Positions 41,443-55,564 of a stretch of 64,000 bases of DNA are shown piece by piece. How positions within the stretch are numbered: position 1 is the stretch's first letter; every line of letters begins with the position of its first letter. The DNA is from Octopus vulgaris (Eukaryota), in the NCBI GenBank assembly GCA_951406725.2, contig OX597818.1, positions 118,172,001 to 118,236,000 of the forward strand. Reading direction: 5' to 3'. Made by a program: the position numbers and the translations under genes. The notes below the pieces were generated by a model, which was not told the DNA's origin, did no database searches, and saw nothing but the letters and a program-made list of their open reading frames with translations.

Positions 41443-41958
41443 TCTATATATATAAAACTGTAGTTGTGTTAGTGTCTGTCTCCTACGATTTAGATTCCTA
41501 ACTCCTCCCACATTTTGCGGTGCAGTTTAACCAAATTCGGGTATCTTATAGTCGTGATTAATATCAAGCCCGTCTGGCTATTAGCGCGTGACTACGATGA
41601 GTCTACGATTTTAAAAATAATTTAACATAATTTTTTATTCCATTTTAATGCATAATTTTTCGTGTGTCGATGGCGGCGGAGTTGGCGTCCACGCTCAAAC
41701 ACCTGCACCTGTGTTTGCTTCTCCCCCTTCTTCCCTCCCTCGTGAAGCTGTGGGAAAGGGAGTGTAAGGAAATCAACGTCGTAAAGCGTTGTCAAGGAGA
41801 CCAGCGTTCTTTTAGAACAACGACTTCATGGCTTGAAGACACCAAAACAGAAATGGCTAAGAAAGCCCGAATTGTCATCTATAAAGGAAGTAACTCTCTA
41901 AAAATGCTTATATAGTTATTTCCCTTACAAATCCGAGCAACGCCGGGCGATACTGCTA

Positions 41959-41959
<1 letters not shown>
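41443..41959 (+). mobile_element. Non-autonomous Helitron
   Basis: 5' TCTATATATATAAA and 3' CCGAGCAACGCCGGGCGATACTGCTAG (hairpin + CTAG); A|T target site. Confidence 0.85.
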
Positions 41960-42004
<45 letters not shown>

Positions 42005-42471
42005 TATTATAAAAGGCAGATTTGATCTGCCTCCCTTTGTATCTTATAGAAATCTACAATATAGGATTTCTTCAATTACAATTTACCTAGCATTTTTAAG
42101 AGTAGAATGCATCGGGTCGTGCCAGGTCCAGTTTTTAAAATTTCAACCCCAATTAAGCAAAATTTAGAGAAAACTCACATTGTGGTGTCTAAGTCAAATG
42201 CTTTTCTTAGTGTGGCCTACACCACACGCACACGCACACACACACAGTGTGCAACGAATAAAGTGAAAGTAATTCACTTTTTGTAGTGAGTGACACTTTC
42301 ACTCTGCCACTTCCTCTTTACACACATAGACACGCAAATATATAAATAAAATTGTAAGCTAACGTGTGTGTGTGTGTGTGTGTGTGTGTGAGTGTGTGTG
42401 TGTGTGCGTGTGTGTGTGTGTGTGAGGGTGCGTGTGTGTGTGTGTGTGCGTGTGCGTGAGTGTGTGACAGG

Positions 42472-42982
42472 AAAGTTTTTTAGGACGAATATAAGACCTA
42501 TATTCAAGTAGCAGAAAGATCGCCCAAAAGTGTATATAGATAGTTAAATGTATTTATATATTCATCTATACACAGATGTATGTATAATGTGTGTGTATAT
42601 ATTTGCATAGAGGTAACCTTTCACTCCATACAAAGTTTTTTAGGACGAATATAAGATCTAAAGTATATACAAGTAGCACAAAGATCGCCCAAAAGTGTAT
42701 ATAGATATATAAATGTATTTATATATTCATCTATGCACACATGTGTGTATAACGTGTGTGTATATATTTCCATAGAGGTAACCATTCACTCCATACAAAG
42801 TTTTTAGCACGAAAATAAGATCTAAAGTTATCTCTAAGAAACAGAAAGATCGCCCCAGAGTGTATATAGATATTTAAATGTATTTATATATTCATCTATA
42901 CACACATGTATGTATAATGTGCGTGTATATATTTCCATAGAGGTAACCATTCAATCCATACAAAGTTTTTTAGGACGAAAAT
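42472..42982. repeat. Tandem array of three and a bit ~160-165 bp units inside the Helitron
   Basis: AAAGTTTTTTAGGACGAA recurs near 42472, 42632, 42797 and 42962. Confidence 0.9.
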
Positions 42983-43212
42983 ATTTATATATAAAAGAAA
43001 GGTTGTGTGTCTGTCTACTCCGATTTAGATTCCTAACTACTCCCACATTTTGCGATGCAGTTTAACCAAAACCGGGTATCTTATAGTCGTGATTCATATC
43101 GAGCCCTTCTGGGTATTAGCGCGCGTCTACGATGAGTCTATGATTTTACAAATAATTTACCATCATTTTTTTCCATTTTAATGCATATTTTTTTGAATAA
43201 AGGGAAGTAACT

Positions 43213-43752
43213 CTCAAACTTCACAACAATATGCGTGCTCATATGCGACGTAATATCACATCAGCAGCATTTCCTCACACCCTCCTTGCACTTGGCGAAG
43301 GCAAAATATCAGGGGATGAAAATGGTAATATTGCCATCGATTCCATTTGTACCATTGTTAAGACGCCTTCTGATCTCAGAGATGCAGTGTTCCCAGATCT
43401 ACAAGCTAATTATCAGAATATGGATTGGATTGGCAAAAAGACTATACTGGCCCCGAGGAATAAAACTGTTCACCATATTAATGATGAAATGCTAAAACTC
43501 ATTCCTGGGGAAGTCTATGTATATCAGTCTATCGATACAACTCCTGACCCAGAGGACATCATCAACTATCCAATAGAGGTACTCAATTCCTTTGAGCACC
43601 CCGGACTACCACCACACTTTCTCAAACTTAAAGTTGGTGCCCCTATAATGCTCATCAGAAATTTGGTTCCCCCAAAACAATGCAATGGCACACGTTTTAT
43701 CGTTAAGTCCTTATCTCCCACCGTAAGCTTATATCAATATTTGCCTGAATAA
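43213..43752 (+). pseudogene. Internal fragment of Helitron Rep/Hel PIF1-like helicase
   Basis: LKLTTNMR..LLALGEG..ILAPRN..IN..YQSID..YPIEVLNS..PGLPPHFLKLKVGAPIMLIRNL..CNGTR; open frame but lacks both ends. Confidence 0.9.
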
Positions 43753-43827
43753 TCATCATAATTCAGTGCAATCATTAACAGTGCTTTCAAGCAATTCAGC
43801 CCCGAGCAACGCCGGGCAATTCTGCTA

Positions 43828-43874
<47 letters not shown>

Positions 43875-44426
43875 ATAGGATTAGCTCGTATACGAGTAGG
43901 TATATATTTGTGAAAAATTAAGTTCGAAAATGCTGCTATATTATACAATTTTTAATTTTTATATATACATTATAACAAGTTTCAGTTCCTGAAATGAACC
44001 TTATCAAAAAGAGTTATATATAAAAAAAGATAGTTCATGCTATCAATCACAAGAAATTTATTTATAATACACAACGGTGTCAGACATCATAATATTCATA
44101 TATATAGTTTGAAGTGAGTTCGTTCATGCTATATGTTTAAAGTGCATGATGCAGCGGTTCACGGTGGTGACATGCATCCAATACAAAAAACAGATCAAAG
44201 CGGCGATATGTAGTCAATACAAAAAACTGATGTTCCTGAAATTATATATATATATTAATAAAAATTATGTGATTTCCTTATAATGATATATTATAGATAA
44301 TATATATATTAATAAATAAAATGAAATATAGAATTTAAATATTCATTTGATTGAGAGTGGAATTCATTTTTACCTTGAGCAACTGAGGTGTTCGCTGGAT
44401 GATTATATATATATATTAATTTTTTA

Positions 44427-44511
<85 letters not shown>

Positions 44512-44688
44512 ATAAGATCGTCAATTTAAACATAAAATAACGATTTTATCAAATGGTCAGCATGGAAAAAATAACCTTCAAAAGTAATGATTATTAAAAT
44601 TATAAATTAAGGTATCTACGAGATACCACCATGCTGAATATAGCAGCCATAATCTGACCTAGCCATAACCACCTAAATTGTCCATATA

Positions 44689-45953
44689 CGAGGGGCGTTC
44701 AATAAGTAATGCCTCTGACCTACTTGCCTTTGCAATTATTGATATCTCTATAGATTAAGTGGCAAATTACAGCTCCGAACTAATTGTGGTCTCTGATTTA
44801 CAGGTGTTTGAAATGAGTCAAGTGGTAAATGGAGCATGTTGAGTGTCGAGCAGTGATCCGGTTTTTGTATTTGAAATGACGCACACCACAGGAGACTTTT
44901 AATGAAATGAAAGTAACTTATGGTGATGATGCCCCATCATATGACCTTGTAAAACGCTGGAATCGTGAATTCAAACATGGTCGGAACTCTGTGGAAACAG
45001 CTCCCAGATCTGGTCGCAGCCCTTCTGACATTGATGAGGCATCTGTCCGTCAAGTTGAGGCTGCCATTTTGGAAGATCGACGCATAACTATTCGCCAAAT
45101 AGCCCATGAGGTCAACATTAGTACCGAGTCTGTGGAAACTATCATTCATGACCATTTGCATATGCAAAAGGTGTCTGCCATATGGATTTCCAGGTTGCTC
45201 ACACTTATCCAGAAGCAAGAACGCAAGAATTCCAGAAGCAAGAATTTAGGGATGTGCCAAGAAGATGAGTCAAAATTTTTCAAAAGACTGATTACACAGG
45301 ATGAGACCTGGGTCCATCACTATGATCCAGAGACCAAAGCCCAGTCAATACAGTGGAAGCACCATGACTCACCTCCGCCAAAGAAGGCAAGGGTGCAGCC
45401 CTCCGCTGCCAAGGTCATGCTCACAGTCTTCTGGGACCAGGACGGAGTAGTGATGAAAGATTTCGTGGCAAAGGGTACCACAATTACAGTAGGCTATCAT
45501 GTTTCACTTTTGAGGAAATTAAGAGAAGCTATCGAAACGAAGAGGCGGGGCAAGATCAGCAAAGGCATCCTCCTCCTGCAGGACAACGCTCCGGTCCACA
45601 ACTCGCGTGTCGCCAGATCAGAAGCACAGGCGTGCGGCTTTGAACTCTTCCCCCATCCCCCTACTCTCCCGACCTTGCACCCTCTGATTTTCACCTCTTC
45701 CCAGTCATGAAGTTGTTGTTGAAAGGAAAGCGTTTCCCAGATGATGCAGCCTTGATTTCTGAAGTCACGTCGTGGTTGGAGGACCAAGCTGGAGTCTTCT
45801 ACGAAAACGGTCTCCAGAACTGCATCAAACGATGGAAGAAATGCGTACCTCTGGGTTGTTCCTATGTAGAAAAAGACTAATACCTGTGCCAAGTTTCGTT
45901 GCTCTACTGCTATGGGAAGTGGGTCAGGGGCATTACTTATTGAACGCCCCTCG
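44689..45953 (+). mobile_element. Full-length mariner transposon (irritans-like)
   Basis: TIRs CGAGGGGCGTTCAATAAGTAATGCC.CTGACC at both ends, TA duplications at 44687-44688 and 45954-45955, length 1265 bp. Confidence 0.95.
44829..45880 (+). pseudogene. Mariner DD34D transposase pseudogene
   Basis: ATG at 44829, early in-frame TGA, HTH region, QDETW, LLQDNAPVH, and a frameshift around the YSPDLAPSDF motif; natural stop at 45880. Confidence 0.9.
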
Positions 45954-46172
45954 TATCAACACGGAGAAAAAAAACAAAGAGACAAGATGAAACTAGTAAA
46001 AAATTACTGGATAATTCTAGATCCTGATTTCTGGTTTAGCATTTATTTGACCATATCTCAGATGGAATGAAACGGCGGGCATTTTGAACTGGCCATGATG
46101 CATAGTGCATATATATGTAGGTATATGTTCTTATATCTAAGTAAGTATTCGTATATGTAAGTATTCGTATGT

Positions 46173-46239
<67 letters not shown>

Positions 46240-46268
46240 ATATGTATTTATGTTTATCTTCTGTGTGT

Positions 46269-46326
46269 ATTCTACTGACGAGGCAAATCATTCATAAATG
46301 CAGAGTCAGAAATCCAGATCTAGAAT
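46269..46326 (+). ncRNA. Type I hammerhead motif with a diverged inverted partner at ~45992-46070
   Basis: ATTCTA-CTGACGA-GGC..GTC-A-GAAA-TCCAGA-TC-TAGAAT; near-palindromic stem III ATCCAGAT. Confidence 0.7.
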
Positions 46327-48708
46327 TATCCAGTAATTTCTGTAGTTTTGACTAGACATATTTGGATCATGTATGTCTTTATAGAGATACATTCCTATTT
46401 GTTCCCAAAGATATACATGGTAATATATAATTGACTATTTAAATTTATAACACATTTCACTTACAATTTTGAAATACTATTTTTTTATTTATTGGTATGC
46501 AAAGGTGAAACACTGGCTATTTCATCAAAATATTTCAGTAAAATTAATTATTTCTTTCTTCCAAAATTTTTCACATTTTATGAAATAAACGTACTTAGCA
46601 ATTTATATTATTGTAAATTGATTTTAAATTGCATGATTCGGTCTCAATTTTACTTCCGTTAATATATATATATTGCTTTTTGCATTAGCAAATGCACACA
46701 TTTTTTACGAGAAATATACATAGACACAAACACGCGCACTAACACACACAGATGTGTATGCTTACACATATATTTTCAAGTTATTGCTTGTTTTCATCTC
46801 CCCCGAATCATTTGCTCACTACTATCAACCGCTCTATTTCTAAACCGTTGCTGCATAACATTTTTTAAAACTATTTTATTTTGTCGCTTCTAGCTTTGAC
46901 ACTTGTAGACTTATCATTTCTTACTTTTCCGGCTTTCTCTCTGTCTGCCATTATTTTTTCCTCGTTTCATTTGTCCCCTCTTTATCACCCAATTAACAAA
47001 TCCATTTACTTTCTTTGTCATGGTTTCTCCTTTCTCTTGGCTTCTTTTCTTCTCCCAATTCATTTCTCCCAATTCATAGCATCCTTTTGTCCTTTACTTT
47101 CTCTCTCTTTCTCTTATCTCATTACGAAGCAACAGTACTTTCATATATCTACTTCATTTCCTCCTACTCTTTCACACCGCAGATGAAGAAGCAAAGTTAC
47201 AATTGCAGATGGACGCCATTAAGAAACGCCTGTTGTTGGGTATACATGTACGAGCGTCAATTACTGAAACTAAAATATCAGGTGATGTCAGTATATCAGA
47301 TTATTTCAATTAATTTCATCAGGTCAAATATTATATATGCTATTTGAAAATAACGTCCTGACAACATGTAGTATACCATAGTATATATAAAGCAAAATTA
47401 TGCTGCTAAATTCTGTTGTGTCGCTGCGTCTTGCAACCTTTTCAATTGAAAATGTTGCCAGACGCAACGAAAATTTTAGGAAAATAAAAATAAGAAAAAG
47501 TAGAAATTTTACCGGTGAGTGTGTTATATTATAAAGCTCATAAAGAAAATGACTCTCCGTAGAATATGGTTTAACACACGAACACATATAAAAAATCTTG
47601 CAAACCAAATCCCAAAATTGAAATATGCTGCTAAATATATTTGTTTTCTCCAGTGCTACAACGAGATATTGTTTAAGCATTCATGTATATTCCTCTAGTT
47701 AACCAATCAGATTCTCTAATCAGATGGATCACTTCATATCACACGATATTTCATATCCGTGCAGGTTACAAAATTTCTTCAGTAATGCCAAAACATGGAT
47801 GTTCTATACAGGAATTCAGATTGCATGGGTGACGTGAGGGTGGTTGTGGTGGTGGGCTCTGAACGATTTCATTGACTATTTGGAAATGATTCACAGACGG
47901 ACATATCTATTTCTCTCCCAGCGGAAAGTCACTCGAAGAAGATTGCTACCAAATCATTGTTGGATAGAATGAGAGCAAATACGAGCAAATAAGTACATCA
48001 CTATTTCCCAATCATACAGAAATTTCAATGGGAACATTACCATTGATTTTTAAGGTTATTTTTACAGATACACTACAGAATGTATAGCCAGCACCTTTTT
48101 TTTTTGCTATAGCGTTTAGTATCGAGTCGTCAGACATAAACAGACAATGTGATCGAAGACAAAATTGGGTAATGAATGTATATGCTATATTTCGGAGTTG
48201 TTGCCCCTTCTTCAGTACGCATCTAACCCACTGTTGCCCCCTAACACATTGCTTACATAGCCACCACATACAGCGGTTTTAAGGTTTTGGATGCACCAAT
48301 TGTAGGTCTGCGGCATTTGGTTATGCAAACGCAATATACTATAAGGCATACTAAGTGTTTTCATAATTCAGTACCACGTTCTGTTGCGTCAGCAGTTCCC
48401 TTAAATTTTATTTTTATGTTATTTCTATAGATATCCAATAGGACCTATACCCAGCACTGTATATCTACAAATCTTATATGTTACAATTGAATTCCAAAAT
48501 GCCTAAGTATAAATTTAGGGTTATCTGACGTTTCGATTTCTCTGCTGACGAAATATAGTAGTCTCATAAAAAATTATTGCATTCCTACGGGGAAAATGTA
48601 TTATGCGTAGATATTTTCTGCTACTTCAATGTTCGTATTTATTTCATTAAAATAATTCAGCATTCATTGAATTCCTCTCTCTTCGGAAAATGTCTTGCTG
48701 TTTTGCTA

Positions 48709-48807
48709 CATCATCATCGTCATTGTTCGACCATGGTCGAGACAATGGAATTTACCATGCTACGCCAGACTTCACGGTCCATCATGGCATTACGGAGGTC
48801 CTGTTGG
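48709..48807 (-). mobile_element. Extreme 3' end of an RTE-like LINE
   Basis: Minus strand reads QQDLRNAMMDREVWRSMVNSIVSTMVEQ* followed by a (TGA)n tail. Confidence 0.7.
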
Positions 48808-49559
48808 TCAAGCAACTTAAATATCGAACTGTATTAAAGTACAACTACATTGTAAAATTTTCAAACCACTCTAAAACATAACGTGCACAATTTTAGATGT
48901 CGCCTGTCCTGTCCTGTTTGCAGATACTTCTGTTCATTTGGCCAAAGTTTGTCCATAATTTGCTACACTAATTTTCTTTCCGAGTTCATGACTACCTTAA
49001 CCAACTCCTACAAACTCAACAACGCTCAACAAAGTAATACTTTAGATATGTTACATACTAAACGCACCTGTAATGTTTCACTGTATATACTTACCTGTAT
49101 GATATTATTGCAGTGCCCACCTACAAAACATATTAAGCCTCCACCGGGGGATCCAGGTACCGACTGATATAAAAAATGTTATTTCATTTGGCAGCGCACA
49201 TCAGAACCTAAAGGAGAGGTATTCATTTTACAAAATCTTGTTAGAATTTAAGAATTTTAAAAATGAATAATAAAACATTATCTTCAATAAAATATTTAAA
49301 TAAAGAAAGAATGTTATCATTGCTTAAAATTACATATTTATTGATATCCATAAATACTTAACAAAATTCCAAATAAATGTATGTAAAGACTACGTTTAGA
49401 CTTCAGATTGCTAAGACCCATATACATCTATGCATAGATAAACATATTAATATACATTCATAGACATACATATATACGTACTTATATACATACATACATA
49501 CATACATACATACATACACACAGACAGACAGACAGACAGAAAAACAGATAGACATAACT

Positions 49560-50500
49560 ACTCGAACCAAGTCGCATATTTGGCGTGGGAGACTATTTAT
49601 CGAAAATACGATGAATACCATCTCCAACTTTAGAGCCACAACTAACAACCATGTTAAACAGCTGGTTAATCTTCATGTGAATTAGCTGAGGGAGCCTTTT
49701 ATTCAAGATCGTAGTGATTTTCGACTAAAACGTGAATTTAGCGTGCAGAGAGTTATTACAAGCAACATGGCTGGAGACAACATCACCAACAACACATTCG
49801 AGGAACGGAACGAAAACAACAGCTCAACAGGTAAACAAATTCTTTTCAGCTGTAGTTATAGAAGAAACCGTATCTACAAAACTCATTTTCTTGGAGTTAT
49901 GAATTGAATAATGATCTATTTAACTGCTACGAAAAGGCAAAACAAAACCCCGCTGTTGGCTATATGAATCGATTGAAATTATATTGAGACGATCTGTATC
50001 CAGAGTTAAATCATTTTACTGAGAAGCAACTACGCTGCAAGCGACATTTGGGGAGCATATGAAGAAGGTTAGTAACTGTAACCTTATTAAAAAATCGAAA
50101 GTTAAACTTCTTCACAATTCTATGAACAAAAGCGAAAATGTGAATGATGTAAGACCACCACGTCGTTTCGCACTTTGCAACATTCCAACGTGCCTGCCAG
50201 CCAGACTACATTACTGGCTCAAGTAACTGACCACCCTTCCCCTACTACAACTATCGTAAATAGCACAATCACAAGGATTATTGTAGTAGTCAGGATTATA
50301 CGTCGGTGAAATTTTCAGAGAAAATTTTGAATTTGAAGTACACTCGAGGAGAGCGTTTTCTCTACCAAAGGAAGTAAAAAAAACAGCAGATAGGTATTAA
50401 AAGCTATTAAGGAAATTTGTGATGAGTATTTACAACAGTGCGATGAACCCACATACGGCAGATTGCTGATTACGGCTTGTCTATTTCTGCTGACTACTAC
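49560..50500 (+). pseudogene. Decayed 5' part of an R4/Dong-like non-LTR retrotransposon ORF
   Basis: 49892-50040 reads WSYELNNDLFNCYEKAKQNPAVGYMNRLKLY*DDLYPELNHFTEKQLR, which matches the W..N..CY..P..GY..R...W..P..TE..L pattern of R4-clade N-termini as I recall it. Confidence 0.6.
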
Positions 50501-50799
50501 TATACATACATAAAACAGACAAATCTGCAAATACATACATACATAGAAACAAACAAGATTACCCTGTTGTTGATGTTGAAATTCCAATGAAGTTTAGAAA
50601 CCGGTTCTTTCTCAAATGGCAAAAAGATGTTGAAATAAACTGAATAATAACATACATAGTATTGCGCCGACGAATTCCATGTTTAAGTTCAAACCCCTTT
50701 GATATTCACTATCTATTTTCTAAAGTGAACCTATCTAACTTTCATCTATTGACTCTCTCTGTGTATGTGTGTGTGATGTGTATGCCTATGTATAATCCT

Positions 50800-50832
<33 letters not shown>

Positions 50833-51499
50833 GATAGATAGATAGGTAGATAGATAGATAGATAGATAGATGGCTAGATAGAGAGAGTGAGAAAGAGAGA
50901 GAGGGAAAGAATATACAATTGTAAATATGTCTGTGTTTTGTGTGTATATATTTGCATATAGATTTACGCAGCAATATAGTGATAAATCTGATAAACCCAT
51001 ATTTATATGTAAATATATAAATAGACAAGGTCGCGGCAAATAGACACGAACAAGACTGAATTATTACATATAGCGTAAATAATAAGGATTGTTCACTTGA
51101 GGCAGTGAGTGTGCCTGTCTATGTGTGTGTCTGTGCCTACGTGTGTATGCGCATGTGTGAATGTGAAGAAGAAGGGGAAAGGAGAGAAAAACTACACAAA
51201 AAAAGGCAGACCCCCGTGAAAGAAGGTTAACTATGTAGAGCGTAAAATGATGTTGATATTCGTATTGAAATCCTTAAAGAATTAACGCGAGGCATAAATA
51301 AATATTAAAATATATTTCTGCTATTTTTATTTAAAGCTAATAAAACAACTGCTCGCTGATTGACAAACAGATACGACTCAGGAGCTGTAGTTTCTGAAGT
51401 GACATTACTTGTGCTACTTTACATAAATACAGTAGCACTGATTTCGCAGCACACTGGGTCAAGCATATGTACGACAAAACAGAAAACGAACAGTTACAT

Positions 51500-51545
<46 letters not shown>

Positions 51546-51776
51546 GATGAGTGTGTGTGAATGCACATATGTGCGCGTGTATTAAAGCCAAACCTTAGAT
51601 ATATTTTACATATCCCAACTGAGAAGGCCAACACAGCTGATGTGGAGAAGGGAAATGTAAAGATCAAATATAATACAACAATAACAAGTCTAAAATATAC
51701 ACATCACTCAAACAGAAAGTAAATGCACTGAGTTAACAGCAAATGACAGCACACACGCATACACACACACACAAAC

Positions 51777-51837
<61 letters not shown>

Positions 51838-51859
51838 CCTGAATTTAAATACGTGTATG

Positions 51860-51927
<68 letters not shown>

Positions 51928-52147
51928 AAACATAGAAGGATTCTGAAAGGGGCCCAGAAAATGAGGAGCTACATAGAAACAACTAATTCACGTCAAAGCA
52001 GTCTGTAGAGCATCCTACCGAGGCGGCTGGATAACCAGGAATTGTGTTTGTGTGTGCTTGTTTGCATATGGTTATGTATAAATATATAAATATATATGTA
52101 TATCTATATATGTATATTGATATAAATATATATATCCGTATATATAT

Positions 52148-52270
52148 ATAAGAATTTTAGGCGTAACGAGATAAAAAAAATAACAAAGCTATATAGATAT
52201 TAGAGTATATATAAATGTTCTACACAGCCTTGGTTTTTTTTTTATCTCATTACGCAAAAAATTCTTATAT
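52148..52270. repeat. Imperfect inverted repeat in TA-rich context
   Basis: ATAAGAATTTTAGGCGTAACGAGATAAAAAAAA / TTTTTTTTATCTCATTACGCAAAAAATTCTTAT. Confidence 0.75.
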
Positions 52271-52413
52271 ACACACGCTGACATAGAACCAACGTTGAAC
52301 CCTTTATTCGCAATATTATCGAATCTGGAACTTAACTATGGTCTGTCTATAGCACTTATTCAGCATTACCTAACACCTTTGGGTCTCAATGACGCTATTA
52401 TCTCTTATAACCT

Positions 52414-52462
<49 letters not shown>

Positions 52463-53349
52463 TAAATATATGCACACATGCACAAGCACTTATAAATGTG
52501 TGGGGGCTGGATGTGTGTGTGTGTTTGCATTCAGAAGGTCACAAACTGCAAGCATGCATGTTGTTAAGGAAATTAAATATTTGCTCGCAAATTAAATTAT
52601 GAATCTTAAGAACGAAACAATGTTAACAAAAAATAATTTTATTTGCAATTTTTCCCAAATATATGGTTTCTGCACTGTGCGTTCATAACGAAGCAACACT
52701 TTTAAATGTCAAATCTTTGCCACATGAGTTTAATAGCAGAACCCCAACTCAGACTGCACTGCTTAACATCATTGCAGAGTGAGCAGCTGTTGTTCGAATT
52801 CTTTGCCTTTCGTATCCCCGCGAATCATGCATCATATGAATGATTTATTCTTCATTGTCCATCATACCAGAATATATTTAATCCATTATACTCCAGTTGT
52901 CTATTGAATCATTTTATTCAACCACAATAATTGAACCAGTGAGCTAGAGACAGGATATTTACAGCTATTAATTAAGTAGCTTTCGTTCAATCTGCGGGTG
53001 ATATAAAGATCAGATATTCGATACCTCGTGTTATTCATGGCTATATAATGGTCTTGTTGAGGAACCGTTCTTTTATTATTGCCGTCCTTAGAATACTTAA
53101 TGTATTGCATTTACTTAGTACTATGCAAGCTTTATTGAGAATACCTATGACTAAAGCATTCAAATTACAAACTACAAGCATTTTATGCATGTGAACATCC
53201 ATGTTCTTGATTCTGTGCCACTCATTTTTTACCATTACATGTAATGATTCGATGAACATTTCGTAATAACTGTTACAACTCAAACCAATAGTAGCTGCAT
53301 TGTTAACTTGAAGTGCCAGTGTATATTGCTCAACATTATTCTAACAATA

Positions 53350-53506
53350 GGCGTAGGAGTGGCTGTGTGGTAGGTAGCTTGCTTACCAACCACATGGTTC
53401 CGGGTTCAGTCCCACTGCGTGGACCTTGGGCAGGTGTCTTCTACTATAGCCTCGTGCCGACCAAAGCCTTGTGGATTTGGTAGACGGAAACTGAAAGAAG
53501 CTCGTC

Positions 53507-53554
<48 letters not shown>

Positions 53555-53865
53555 GTGTGTGTGTATGTTTGTGTGTCTGTCCCCCAACCTCGCTCAACAA
53601 CAGATGCTGATGTGTTTACGTCTCCGTAACTTAGCGGTTCGGCAAAATAGACCGAAAGAATAAATACTAGGCTTGCAAAGAATAAGTCCTGGCGTCGATT
53701 TGCTCGGCTAAAGGCGGTGCTCCGCCTACCAAATCCACTCATAAGGCTTTGTTTTGCCCGAGGCTATAGTAGAAGACACTTTCCAAGGTGTCACACAGTG
53801 GGACTGAACCCGGAACCATGTGGTTCGTAAGCAAGCTACTTACCACAGAGCCACCCCATCGCCTA
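53350..53865. mobile_element. SINE family A (+, 53350-53722) fused to an inverted 5' half (-, 53723-53865)
   Basis: The junction GGCGGTGCTCCG|CTACCAAATCC joins the two orientations directly. Confidence 0.85.
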
Positions 53866-54529
53866 TAATTAGAATATGCTGCATCTGTTGTCTTTTGTTG
53901 GTGATGTTTAGTGTACACCAGCAATGAACAGTCATACCAATGTTATGGAGCTTGGCCATTCTTTATTCTTATCAGGAAACACGATGTTTTACATTTTTAC
54001 AACTCTAGGTAATATTTAACATCATGTGACTACTATTTCATTTAATTCTATTGATCATGTAGAGGCTAATTGAGCTGTAGCAGGAGTAAAGCACTTCAAA
54101 TGATCCCCGCAGGGAGAGTTCTATAAAAGAGCAAAAAACACTCAAAAAGCTGCTATAATTAGGTAGAAGTGGTAGAGACCTAGAGCGTTAGATTACGGCT
54201 TCATACTTTTTGCGTCTTTCTGTTTTATATTTAATCTAGACTATTTCTTTTTTGATTGTGATAATGCACGATTATTATCGAAATATTTATGAGAATTTTT
54301 TCATCTAACCTTCACGTGTTAAGAAATAAATTCGTATAAATTTGACATGGTTAAGTAATTTACGCTAAAAGCATGATAATCGGTGAAGCCTTATATCTAG
54401 GGTAAGTGTCTTATACAAAGCTTATGTTTGCTATGACTCTGTGACCAAAAGCTGGGACACGTAAACGAAGATATATCTATGTATATATGTTTCTGTGACG
54501 TCACACGGAGCAGTGATGAATCGTATAGG

Positions 54530-54748
54530 GGTAAATATTTCGTAAAGGACCCGTCCATACTTTGATCTGAAATATGTTTTTCCATATGGGAGGTAGGGGT
54601 GCTCCGAAGTCCCCAGCACCCCTTCAGGCCTTTATTTTCAGGAAGGAAATGTGGTTCGTGACGGGTTTCGAGGTGAGATACGTCGAATGCTGTGGGAAAA
54701 AATTATTTCACACTGAGGCACGAACGGGATCATTACGAAATATTTACC
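54530..54748. repeat. ~25 bp inverted repeat within a GC-richer segment (possible non-autonomous DNA element)
   Basis: GGTAAATATTTCGTAAAGGACCCGT versus ACGGGATCATTACGAAATATTTACC. Confidence 0.55.
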
Positions 54749-55485
54749 GAAAATTCTTCTTCTGGGCAATAGGCAATATTGGACTAAACGGCGCCTGTAC
54801 GGATCGACATTCACATGTATGCATTTACTCAAACATGGTGGTAATATGAATTTACATAAATATACAATATTAAATACTGTTTTTTGAGGTTTTATTTAAT
54901 TCTATTTTGATGAAGTTTAAGTACACTGACTGGGTATTTTATCATATCTTGCGATTTTCTTTCCACATTCCTTAAAAGTGAAGATACCTAATGCATTTAT
55001 ATTTCACAACAAATTTAGTGTCTGCCGCAGAAATACTCTGTAGAATTCAACGCTATATCGTATAATTGAACGATATTCACAATCACCATTATTTCAACAA
55101 GACTGTTTGGAAATCCCATGACAGAACTTATTCATTTATGAATTATATCTTGTAACTAATCCAATTATTTCTATATGCAGCATTATAGTTATTATACATA
55201 AACCTCACCAATATCTGTGACACACTAACCTGTTGATTAATTGAAGTTGGAGATTAACAATGACTTTAATATAAGCAATAATAGCCTGGAATATATCTCT
55301 GTTCTTAGTAATGCTTCTGCTTCTTAAGTGTGTATACATTCGATTTGTTATAAAACACACAGTGAATCGATTCAAAATTTTGCTCATTATCTCGACTTAC
55401 TTAATTACTGAATAAACTCTGTAAACATGGATTCTAGAATTTCTAATTCACATATTTCATAGTTATAATAAAGATCGGTTCCTCA

Positions 55486-55564
<79 letters not shown>

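Larger units (their letters stand above)
42002..43828 (+). mobile_element. Composite Helitron with tandem repeats and a PIF1 helicase fragment
   Basis: 5' TCTTATTATAAAA and 3' CCCGAGCAACGCCGGGCAATTCTGCTAG; a second Helitron 5' end lies internally near 42984. Confidence 0.85.

Noticed and set aside
43231-43752. Host PIF1 gene
   Set aside because: Intronless internal fragment enclosed by Helitron termini.
43972-44010. Minus-strand HHR-like motif TTGATAAG-GTTC..GAAC-TGAAAC-TTGTT (similar remnants near 3055, 13105, 47170, 48525)
   Set aside because: Core boxes are mutated and stem I is not supported; at most decayed remnants, so not called.
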